Source: Octopus sinensis
Taxonomy: Eukaryota
Assembly: GCF_006345805.1 (NCBI RefSeq)
Contig: NC_042997.1
Span: forward strand, 23,188,001-23,252,000
Length of the DNA: 64,000 bases
Direction of reading: 5' to 3'
Shown here: in pieces, positions 26,401 to 39,262 of the stretch
How the letters are laid out: each line of letters begins with the position of its first letter
Position numbering within the stretch: the stretch's first letter is position 1
The notes under the pieces: generated by a model
What the model was told of the DNA's origin: nothing
Seen by the model: only the letters and a program-made list of their open reading frames with translations
Database searches by the model: none
Program-made: the position numbers and the translations under genes

Positions 26401-29400
26401 GTCTTGAATTCCTCCATTATTGCCTGGAGGACTATGATAAATAGGAGGGGGCTGAGTACTGAGCCTTGGTGGACCCCTACCTCTACCCGGAATTCTTCAC
26501 TGTACTTGTTTCCAACCCTCACCCTACTAGCAGCGTCCCTATACATGGCCCGCACAGCTCTCACTAACCATTCATCTATCCCTAGTTTCCTCATTGCCCA
26601 CCAGATAAGGGATCGGGGGACCCTGTCGAAGGCTTTCTCCATGTCAACAAAAGCCAGGTACAGGGGCTTATCTTTGGCTAGGTATTTCTCCTGCAGCTGC
26701 CTTACCAGGAATATAGCATCAGTAGTACTTTTCCCTGGCACAAACCCAAACTGCATCTCATCTAAACTAACTCTCTCTCTAATTAGTTGGGCTAAGACAC
26801 TTTTATTGGCCTTTCATCCTTTTGAGCAATAATTTCACTGAGCTTCACAAAAATTGAAGTATACATTGACTGATTTAAGAGACATTTAGGAAAAAGAAAA
26901 AAGAGAAAAGAAAGAAAGAATAAACAAACCTTCTTTGTCTTTCGTCTTCTTAGCTTCTCCCCTTCAGACATGTGAAATTCTTTGGCTTTTGTTAATCGCT
27001 TCAACTGATTTATCTGTAGGAAATTTAGGAAGACTTGTTATAGGAAGAGATTTTTGCAATGATCTACATGTTAGTGTTTTCTGTACAACATATGAAAGTG
27101 ATTCTAAAACTTCAGTCATTCATTTGCCATTTCAAGAAAAATATCAACACCTATGATATTCCAATTTGATTTATTCAATAGTTTTAGTGAGAGAAAAAGA
27201 TTAAAATATTTTGCTTGCAATTCATCTAATAACACATTCAAATTGTTTTTAATTTTAAATATCACTACAATACACATTAAAATAAGTCAAAATAATAGCA
27301 ATCCCATCACCACCATCACCACTATGAAAACCATCACAGCCTTCAAGCAAAATACATATAACATACCCCAAGTGTTATGCTCTGACCCACACAACCAATA
27401 CTTGATGGATGCTCCTAAGCATTTCATTGGCTGCTTCTATGCAATAGATATGCAGTAGTGATTATAGGTACTAAATATTAATAGAAAGCGTTGGCATCTG
27501 AAGAGAAATCTAACAATCTTGAATTTGTTTGATGCTAGTATGGATTTGTAATTAGAAAAAAAGAAAGAATATTTATTTGCTTTTCACTGGAGAAGTTAAT
27601 TCAAATCAATGAGATTTTTCTTGGTAAAGATACATCTGTTGTACAACAGAATTATTTTACCTTGCAGCCAGATCCCATGACTGACCAGCAACCAGTGATA
27701 GAAACATCAGTGATTAGAAATGGAAATGAATACCTTCATAATTTGAAATCATGATTGAGAATGACATTTAACTTTCTTCCTATCATAAATATATAATATG
27801 GCCACAGTCCAATGACTGAAATGAGTAAAAGATAAGATACTTTTCCTTTCAAAATAGAATTAATTAATTATTATTCAATGCAAAGTACAGAGTAATAATC
27901 CAAATCCAGTCAAAATTTAGTAACTTGTGTTGACTTTACAAAAAGAAATTTTTCTCCTTTCAATTTCAGTGCATAATGAGAGTTTGAATTTAGTTTCGCT
28001 TTCCATTCTATACTGAAAACTTATATAGAGAATGGCAAGAAAATCCTTTTCATAAATACAATACAAAATACTAAACTTTAATTACATTTGAACTTTGTGT
28101 TAAACAATAAGTAATTATTTCTATCCTAGTAAGGGGAAAAAGTGAACTAATCTCATTAAACAACAGGAAAAGAAAGTTATGTGATAGCTACAAAATACTA
28201 TAGAATATTTATTGCTTGTCCAGATAGTGTAGTGTGAGTTAGAAGATAAACTAGACATGCAAGACAACAAAAAACAAGTTAAAAAATTACACACCAGTTT
28301 CTGTTCTTCTTTTAAATGTTTTTCCAGTAACTCTTTAGCAGATTTGATTGACTCTTTCAATTTGCTTGGTATTTTAAAAATAGGTTTATCTGACTGTGGC
28401 AATACAATACTTGAGAAAAATCTGGAATAAAATATAAAGGTATATAATATAAAATTAGTATTATAGTCAATTGTTACAAAAGTAAAGAAGATGCCTTAGA
28501 GAGAATAAATTACAGAGGTTATCAAATTGCAAAATTAAGTCATGAAACTTACAGAAAAAGCTGTAGCCTAACTAATTAGGAAAAGAGACCAATGAGATGC
28601 ACTTTCGTTTTGTGCCAAGGAGAAGTACAACTAATGTTGCTCTCTTTCTAGTCAGGAAAACTATTTAGCCAAAAGAAAACCACTTTACTTGTCATTCACC
28701 AGCCTGGACAAAGCCTTTGACAGGATCCCTTGCTCTCTTATATGGTAGTTGCTCAGAAGCTAGGAGTAGATGAATGACTAGTGAGAACCATTCAAGCCAT
28801 GTAAAAGAGTGTTGTCAGTAACATGATAGTTAGCAATGAGTACAGCAACAAATTTAGTGTGCAGGTAGGAGTTCACTAAGGTTCAACTCTCAGTCCACTC
28901 CTATTTATCATAGTCCTCCAGACCATAATAAAGGAACTTAAGACATGGAATCTCCTTTATATTGATAATCTTATAGTTGAATCTGTAGTAGAATTAGAAA
29001 AGAAATTCCAGGTGTGGAAGCAAAACTTGAAATTAAAGGGTTTAAAGTTAACTGAGCAAAAACCAAAGGTCTAGTAAGCAGAAAAACAGACATGTTAATC
29101 CCTTCAGAAAAATAACCCTGTTTAATAAGTAAAAGAGTAGGCAGAAATAATTCCATATGGTGTATACAATGTAAATTACGGAAATATAAGTGTTGTAAGG
29201 GAATCACAGGAAGATAACAGAGTAAGTAGACTTTGTGGCAGAAGGACAAAAATTATAAACACCAAGAACATCAGAAATAAGATTTTCTTGAATGCCCAGA
29301 AAGATCATTGGAGGCAGTAAGTTTCTGTTATGTGGGTGACCTAACTAACTAGTGAAGGAAGTTGCTCAGAAAGCATAGTTGCTAGAATGCAAACAAACAG

Positions 29401-32400
29401 GGAGATAATACTTCTAATGGTAGTAAAATGCCTCTCTCTCAGTGTGTAAGGCAGATTGTATGATACCTATATGCAAACAGCAATGCTAAACATGGGCCAT
29501 GAATGCAGAGGACATGCAAAGATTAGAAAGAAATGATAATACATAGAAAAATGAAAAGAAAAGTACAGAGCACATACAGCTCATATTAACATGGGGAAAT
29601 TTGGAATTCCAATTTACACAAATCAACAAGAACACATCCACAATCAAATATTGCCAGTACCAATTGCATAATGGTAAAAATTAGATAATCTGTACTATCA
29701 AAATTAACTTACGGATGATTCAATAAATCATTAATTGTTGGAAGTTCATTCTTGCAAGCTTCACTGGTCAACAAGAGCTCCAATACAGAACCTGGATATA
29801 GATTAGACATAGATTAATAACATTTAAATCTATTTCAGATTAATAAAAAGAAAAATATAATAAAATGGAATATCAATTAAATTTCTGATTTCTTTCTCAG
29901 TGCAGGTCTAATTTTGCACAAAAGATGTAACAGTCAATTCTGGTATTATTTGTACCAAAATCTAAAAGATGAAAGTAATAGATACAGGTATGGATTACTC
30001 TCAGAAAAAGACAGCATGAAATTATATAGGTGCATATATAACATCTGTCTAATTCATATACATTTACTTGTACTGATTCCACCAGCTTACATTTTGTAAA
30101 TATTCTAAATATTATCAAAAAAGAAAATTATTTAACTGTAATGGAACTTCAGTCCTAGTTTCCACAAGCCATTTACATAAATACACACTTTTTCAGGGAA
30201 ACCGCTCATTTTACCAAGTGAAAACTTAGTAACATATTACAGAAACAAGAAAAAAAGTAACATAAAAAGATAAACTGATAACATCATGAGAGAGAGAATT
30301 TTGTTTTTTCCTGCTCATGTTTTTCCTACAGACAACAACTTACACCATATTGAAACTGAACATTTCAACAGCATCAGTCCCCAAATGACCTGCAAAGGTC
30401 ATGAGCACTGCTTCCATCCCTTAAAAAGTAACTACAAAAAGAACTCACAATTTCTGATGTTATCATTCAGCCCCAAGTTAATCCCAATCAAGTAGACCTC
30501 TGTTTAAAAGAAGGCATTCTTGTCTTCTACATGCTGGGAACTCAGGACCATGTTATTCAACATGTCCTTTAAAACAGTATTTGAGGGAGATTCAGCAGCC
30601 ATTTCAAGCAGATCAAGGAACTATATAGAGGCTCTCCCATTGACCTGGCAATTTTTGACAATATCTTACAGTAATTGCACATATAAAACATTGCCCAAAA
30701 CTGGGTCACAAAAACAGAGATTCATCTCCAGAGCTAGAGTTTACTTCTGTCCTGATCTACTATTAATCCCCATCCCACGCACACCTACAAAATTCAAATG
30801 GGACAGTCATACTGTTATATCATTCGTTTATTTTCATCCAACCAATCCTAGCGCAGAAAAATAGATGTATGGTGATGATAATGATGATGATGACAGAAAT
30901 GTTTACATGGCATGTGAAGATATTGTGTCTTTGTGGAAGAGACTTAGTTGTCATATCTCTTTGCTCTCAAAGTTTTTATTCATAGAGGCAGTTCATGTTT
31001 GATATGATACTCATGTGGAGAGAGATAAGGAAGCATGGAGAGTGAAATCATTTTAGAATTGACAGCATGTAGGTAATTAATGTACAGAAAGAAGACATAA
31101 CCAAATCTTGAGGTACATTAAAGTTGATACAACATGAGTTAGAGACATCCAAAAGCCGAAATAGTACAGTTGACCAGAAGTAGATAATTTAGCTAGGAGG
31201 TTCTCATGCCAGATATTATTACCAAAGTTCTCAATGGCAAAAGACAAGCAGTGACATAAGCGAGCAAGATTGTGGTAAAGCTGGCTCTGCAGAAACCATA
31301 TTAGTAACTGATGAGTGGAGAGAAGTTTACAATACCAAAGAAAGTGATTGTTGACAACTGTTTTCATCTTTGAGATGTTGGAAGAAAATTGGCAATTAGC
31401 AAAGTCAGAGAGAATGGCTTTTGGAGGATGACACATTGTAGCGTATTTACAAAGATTCAGGTTTACTGTAGTAGAGGTAAAACAATTTTTAAGAGATTTG
31501 GCAGGGATAGTGGTTAAATCTGGAATGTAGTGTTTGAAGGTTGAGAGAACACAAGTAGGAATGAGTTGGAATGATCAGAGAAGATTTTATACTTGATAAC
31601 TGAGTGAATGGGGAGGTGAGAATGCAGTATGCAAAAAGAGTAATTGAAAGGTATTTTACCGAATGTGAGCAATCTAGTATAAGAACGATTTGAGAAGTGG
31701 AAGAGCTTCCAAGCTGTATGATAGCTTGAAAGCTACCATTTGCTTTTTTGATAGCAGACACTGCAATAGTGGTGAATTATTACTGGTGTAAGCAGTGTTT
31801 TATGCTTGTACTACTACAGTGAAAATGTGAGTCAATAACTTGGAGTCTTTGGGATTATTTGTATAAATTGAAAATCTGTTCCTAGGATAATGGTTAAGTT
31901 GTTTCAGACTGGTAGTAGGAGGGATGCATATACCACAGGTGTAATTTGCATAAAACGATAGAGCTCTAACCATTCAAGTGCTGTGATAAGCCATAAGTAT
32001 TTGGGTTGAAATGTGTGCATTTGAAGACATAAGATGTTGCCTAGATTAAGCAGTGACTGGACAATCTAATTAGTGCATAGATGGTGATGACAGGATATTG
32101 AGGACAGAAAGAAGTCAAAGGTATTTGAGATGTCCAACTAGTGAACAATTTAGAATAGTACGTGACTCAGTCTCTGTACTAGAGGTACTAGTGTGAGAAC
32201 CAGGAGCTGATGTGTTTACTAATGACAATACCTTTGTGGTGAAATGAAAGAAATAAACAGTTGTTAGTGGTTAGAGGAGTTTGGGCAGAAATAGCTACAA
32301 CAGGTAATACAAAATAGTGGAGAAGAAAGATTTTGAGCCTGAGTGACTGATAGATATTGTTGTTGAAATTCAGTTCAGAAAAGCAAGTGTTGAGAAAACA

Positions 32401-35400
32401 CAGACACCACCTTTTAGAGTTAAATTACAGTAAAGACGAGCGTGGGTAGAGGAGGGGGTAGGAGGTAAGGATTGAGAGATTTGTGTCACAGAGGAATATG
32501 ATATGTAGTTTGCATGTTAAGAGACAGTGAGTAGTAGTCAGGATTAGACTGGAGGTGTGCTTCAAATACAAATAGCCAATAAAGTAAATAAAGCAATAAA
32601 TACTAACGTAGGTCAGGTGGACAATGTTGAGGGAATGTGTCACAGGTTGCTTTCAAAAGTTGCTCACCAAATGCCATTTCATACAATAAACGACCAAATG
32701 AATAAACTTCAATTGATTCCATTTTCTACAAGAGATATCAAAAGAATACTAAATATTTATATATACAAATATGTGTGCATGCATGTGTGTGTAAATATAT
32801 TTATGAGGTACAGGCCTGTTCTAATGGTTAAGTAGTTTGCTCCATAATTATAAGGTCCAGGATCCTATCCTGGTGTTTTGCACCTTGGACAAGTGTCTTT
32901 TACAAAAGCTTTGTGAGTAGAATTGTCCAAATAAAAACTATGGAAGCCTGTTGGTTGGTCTACAGCTGTAATTCAAAGGGATAGCTTTGTCACACAGTGT
33001 CACAAAGATTCTGACTGAGGATTAATTTTTTTTTCAATTAACAACTGCTTTCCATGCTGGCATGTGTTGGACAGTTTGATTGAAAACTGGTAAGCTGGTT
33101 AGGGGGACAGTACCAGGTTCCAATCTGATTTGGCAAGGTTTCTACACCTTCCTAACGCCAACCATTCCAAGAGTGTAGTGGGTGTTTTTACATGCCACCA
33201 GCACGGGTGCCAATGACCTGATACTGGCATCCGCCATGACCACAGTCTCACTTGGCTTGACAGGTCTACACAAGCATGGTATATTGCCACATGTCTTGGT
33301 CACCTATCACTGCCTCCATGAGGCCCAACACTAGCAGAGGTGCCAGTCAGATGGCACTGGCATTGGCCATGACAACAATTTCACTTGGTCCAACAGGTCT
33401 TCACAAGCACCAGCATCTGTGGAATACTCGGACATTTATATTATAATTCAATGACTACTTCAGTTTGATCAGCCAAGAGTCCTCACCGAAACATATGGAG
33501 GATTTGTTTATTTTGTAATAACAGAAGATTAAATATCTAAAATTATTAAATGTTTGAATAAACACACACACACAAACACATCTGTAACATAGGTGGAGCC
33601 AACATAAGGAAAATGGAAATAACTTTAGGAATAATTTAATCATTTAATACCTGTAGTTTCTTAAACTGTACAAAGAAGTTTTTATAATAAGACGGCAACC
33701 CAAGAATCCAATTTTCAAGGTCTAACAGTTGACACGTGTTCCTGTTAACTACAATATTACCAGCATGTAAGTGACCTACAAAAGAAACAGAAAGTTAAAG
33801 AGTGTAAGTATTGCTAAAACAAACTGAAATAAATAACAGTAGAAATGGATAAAATGCAAAAGTTCCTCAAAAAGGAGAGAGCTTCATAATGCATAAAATC
33901 TAGGATTACATATAGGCACACTGTACCATTTGTATCTTGTAATTTCAATGGAGCAGAGGTGTAGTACTAAAAATTTCGTTTTCAAATAGTATTTTTTAGC
34001 GACTGTAAAACTGGCAGAGTCTAATCTTTCTCAAGAAGTATTGGTAGGAGTTGAATTCAGTACAGCATGTAGATGAAATGATTTTATAGTATATGCAGTA
34101 ATGAGCTGTACATGTATATGTGGTACTTATATACAACTAGGTGGACTGAGCCATTTAACAGTTAAATACCTTGCCCATGAACACAGTATACAAACCACCA
34201 ATTTTTCAGTATCCAATCAAGTAGGGCAGCTATATTCTCATACAATACAATTTCAGATAATCATGATCCTATTTTAGAAGATTGCACACGTATATCATAC
34301 AATTTCAATCCAAACATACTCTTACTCTTTTACTCTTTTACTTGTTTCAGTCATTTGACTGCGGCCATGCTGGAGCACCGCCTTTAGTCGAGCAAATCGA
34401 CCCCAGGACTTATTCTTTGTAAGCCCAGTACTTATTCTATCGGTCTCTTTTGCCAAACCGCTAAGTGACGGGGACATAAACACACCAGCATCGGTTGTCA
34501 AGCAATGCAAGGGGGACAAACACACACACAAACACACACACATACATACACATATATATACATATATATGACAGGCTTCTTTCAATTTCCGTCTACCAAA
34601 TCCACTCACAAGGCATTGGTCGGCCCGGGGCTATAGCAGAAGACACTTGCCCAAGATGCCACGCAGTGGGATTGAACCCGGAACGATGTGGTTGGTTAGC
34701 AAGCTACTTACCACACAGTCACTTCTGCGCCTATATAAACATGAATATATTCCACACATTCCCATAACATTGTACAACACCTGATCTCATCTCATATTCT
34801 TTTCATTATTTCAACTCCTTACCGCTCCTAAATAACCATTACCTCACTACAATTGTTCATATATTACTACAGCTTCTGTGCATTTTCCTACAATACAGTA
34901 ACTCAGCTTCCAGGATCTTTTATACATTCAAAGGCAACTGTAGCCTGAATAAGTCACTATAGTCTCAAACAGTTTGTTGTTTAGCTAAGTCAGCTCTATG
35001 ACCATTCCATCTTTTTATACCAGCAGTGTATCTAGGACTACATTATTCAATATGTCCTTTTTTGTATAAGATTCTAAGGAGTGATTTGAGGAAGATTTGA
35101 CTGCTATTTCTAGAATGTCAAGTAATCACATAAAAGCCTTCCTCATTAGCTTATACAGGTTCACATGTGTAGTTCCTACATTAATTTTCATACTACTGTA
35201 ACACCACCATATGCTTCATGTTGACATAACTTCTACAAAAATTTGCTGTAGACCCAACAGACTTACATGCTATACTTTAGCCCCTTTTTCATTATCATTA
35301 AACCTTTATAGATGATATGTACTACATCATGGAGGCTGAGGATAAGTTCTAAAGATTATGAAGTAAAACATTTGCTTCATAAAACTAATTAGTGTATGTG

Positions 35401-37668
35401 GCAAGTTAAAAGGTTCCATGTTATAAGCTATTTATAACCATCTTGAGTAGTGTATCATAAACATACATGCTGTAGTTCATGGCCAAGAGATATTTAGGAA
35501 ATTAAAAGTATAACAAAAGTATACATTACTCTGCTGTAAATAATAGCAACACAATAAAATTGACAAGTATTTTATTGGGTTGCACAGTCAAGTTTTGTTA
35601 GTACAGTTCAGTCAGGAATGCAAATTGATTTAACCTAAACATATCACATGAAGGCAAAACCTGCAGTGATACTTAATAGGCCTCAAAACTTTCATCATTA
35701 TATTTTGTTTATAAACAGTGCAGCAATTTTGAAAAGTGTAAGAACAAAGTAGAAGTATAGAAATATATTAGTGGAACGTCCTTAATGTGTGTTTTATATA
35801 TATATATATATCAACATCATCATTTAATGTCTGTTTTCCATGCTGGCATATATCATCATCATCCAGTGTTTTAAAGTTGGGTTTTGTCCCTGTTAACGGG
35901 GCTGGCTGGATCTACCTCAATGCCATAGCAACCACATCAACCACTATTGCAAACAACAACAGTGACAACACAGATCCCTGATACAAACCAACTTTCACCT
36001 CAAACTCCTGTGACAGCTCTGACACAATTCTGACTTGTCTTTACCCCCTCATACAAACTCATCACTGCCCTCACTATTACCTCTAGCATACCTCTCTTCC
36101 TCAATCACCTTCCTTGGAACCCTATCAAATGTGTTCTACAGATCAAAGAAGCACATGTACAACTCCTTCTCCTTGTCTCTATTCCTCTTGTAATCTCCTT
36201 ATAATGAAGATTGCATCAATTGTCTCCCCCCCCAAATTGCATCACATCCACATCCACCCCTTTCCGAATTCTCTTCTCCAACACCCTTTCCACTATCTTC
36301 ATGGTATTCTCCAATAACTGCACTCCCCGATATGCCCGACAACTCGTCACATCTCCCTTTCCCTAGAAGATCAGTGCCACCTCACTTAGTGTCCAATCAT
36401 CTGGCATTCCTCTTCCATCCAGCACACCCTGGCAGAGCTCCATCATCACAACAATCCCTATCTCTCCACTTGCAGTTATCATTTCCACACTTCTAATGGA
36501 CCAGCTGCCTTTCCTGTTTTCATTTCCTTCATTGCCTCTACTACTTCTCCACTGGCCCCTTCACCACAGCAGCTTCCATCCTCTGATCCCATTCAGTCTC
36601 CTCATTCATAATTCCTTCTCTATGCTCCTTCCAAACTCTTCCCCTGTCCTTTTCACAAAAATTCAACCTTCCATCACTCCCCCTCATGCATCTTCTTCCT
36701 TCAACATCTCTTCCATCATTTTTCATTGATTTAATAAACCTAAACACTCTATACAAGCAGTTATTCATTTCCAATATTCTGCGAAAACACATCTGGCCAT
36801 GAGTAAATGTCTCTCTGATCCATGCAAACATGGAAAAAAAGTGGACATTAAAGCAATGATGAAGACATATGCATGCATGTATGTATGTATATACATATCT
36901 ATCTACATTGATAGATAAATACATATATACCTATATCTATCTATCTATATAGGACTTATTCTTAGTAAGCCTAGTACTTATTCTATCAGTCTCTTTTGAT
37001 GAACTGCTAAGTTACAGGGGACATAAACATACCAGCATCGGTTGTCAAGTGATGGTGGGGGGGACAAACACAGACACACTCACAAATATACACATATACA
37101 TATCATCATCATCATTTAACGTCCGTTTTCCATGCGGGCATGGGTTGGACGGTTCGACTGACAGTGTTTCTATAGCTGGATGCCCTTCCTAACGCCAACC
37201 ACTCCAAGAGTGTAGTGGGTGCTTTTTATGTGCCACCATCTCGGGGGGCAGAGAGGGCAGGCAATGACCACAATCAATTGGTGGATTTTTATGTGCCACT
37301 GGCACGGAAGCCAGTCAGGGCAACGCTGGCATCAGCCACGTTCGGATGGTGCTTTTTACATGGCACCGGCACGGGGATCACAGCTACAATTTCCATTTGA
37401 TTTTGGTTTTGATGTACTTGACTCAATAGGTCTCCTCAAGCACGGCATTGTCGCCCTACGATCCAAGGTACTTTTGAGGAGGCTGGTATAGGTTACAGCT
37501 GTGAACTCACTTTATTTGCCAGGTTTTCTCAGTCTCAGCATATCTCACGTTTTTGTCTACCAAATCCACTCACAAAGCTACGGTAGAAGACACTTACCCA
37601 TGCAGTGGGACTGAACCCAGAACCATGTGATTGGGAAGCAAGCTCCTTACCACATAGCCATGACTGTG

Positions 37669-37703
<35 letters not shown>

Positions 37704-39219
37704 TCAGTTATTAGACTGCAGCCATGCTAGGGCAATGCCTTGAAGAATTTTAGTCAAATGAATCAACTCCAGCACTTATTTATTAAGCCTGATATTTATT
37801 CTATCTCTTTATTTTGCTGAACTGCTAAGTTATGAGGACAGAAATACACTAGCACTGGTTGTCAAGCGATGATGGGGAGAAACACACACACACAGTGAAC
37901 TTCTTTCACCACTCACAAGGTTTTAGTTGGCCTGAGGCTATAGTATAAGACACTTACTGAAGGTGCCACACAGTGGGATTGAACTCAGGACCATGTGGTT
38001 GGGAAGCAAACTTCTTACACACAACCATGCCTGTGCCTATATGTATATCAATTTCAGTACTATGTTCTTCACCAATCTGCAACAGTATGATCATTTAAAC
38101 TCTTTAAACTTACCATATGGTAATCCTTTATCATAGAGAAATTTCAAAACTTCAAGAATTTGTCTTCCATATCTTTGAATTTCTCTTGTTTCTAAAACAC
38201 AATATGTTTTCGGTCGGGCATACTTCTTCAAAAAGTGTGCTTGCTTAGGTTTACACTTGCAAATGTAGTCACGAAGAGTACCATGTTCATAAAAGCTCCG
38301 TATCACCATTCCACCATTTTCATTAGCAACAGCAAACTCCATAGGAGCTATAAATGGATGCTATAAAAGAAAGAGAAAATTATTTCCTTCACAGTTCTAG
38401 GTATACAGTTGAGTGGCTGTAAATTTTAAATACCAGATCACTGTTGAGTTCATTAGTTGAACTTAGCATAATAGTCATTCTATATTTCTCTCAGTCAACC
38501 TACATATGATAAAGGGAGCAAGACGTTCAGTTGCATAGACACCTGATTCAACAAATTTCCTCAGCAGTTTTTTGGTAGATTTTGTAATGCATTTGCTATA
38601 TTTTCAGAGCTATTGACAATGGTCTTCCTATACTATTTATCAAGAGGTGGGGTTGGCACAATGTGACTAGCTAAAAATTAATGCATCTCAGACATAGCCC
38701 GATATTTTCAGTGTCTATAATGATTTCTAAACATCTTGTAGCTTTCTCTGTCAATGTTTTCAATTGTTTTACTTATTATCACCTACTTCTAATCAACAGC
38801 TGTCCCCTCAATTGATTTCATTAGAGAAGGCTTTCTCTAACAAATTCACACACCTTCTACAGACACCTATTGCAACAATACTTTAAGCTTTTTTTCCCAT
38901 TATCTCAGGTGTACTATTTCAAACACTTGTTTATAAAGTGATATTACAATTTATCTTTGCTGATTTTCCTCATTTAATTCAGTAAATATATCTCGTTCTT
39001 CAATAAACCTCTCTGAGAATACATCTCTATGACCACCTTTCTTTGATATCTAACCTTCACTTGTTTTGACTTATTGACTACTCTTTCCCCTTAACACATC
39101 GTTCATTTGCTGATCAGGCCCCTGCACCATCTTGAAAATTAATATATGGTTTGCAGTAGGATAACCCTTAGGAACACCCATCTACACACTATACAATTTA
39201 TCTATTTGCATGCATGCAA

Positions 39220-39262
<43 letters not shown>

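Noticed and set aside
26029-26832. Plus-strand ORFs 26029-26322 and 26404-26832 (also 49123-49494 and 60220-60423)
   Set aside because: Antisense shadows of RTE RT coding sequence.
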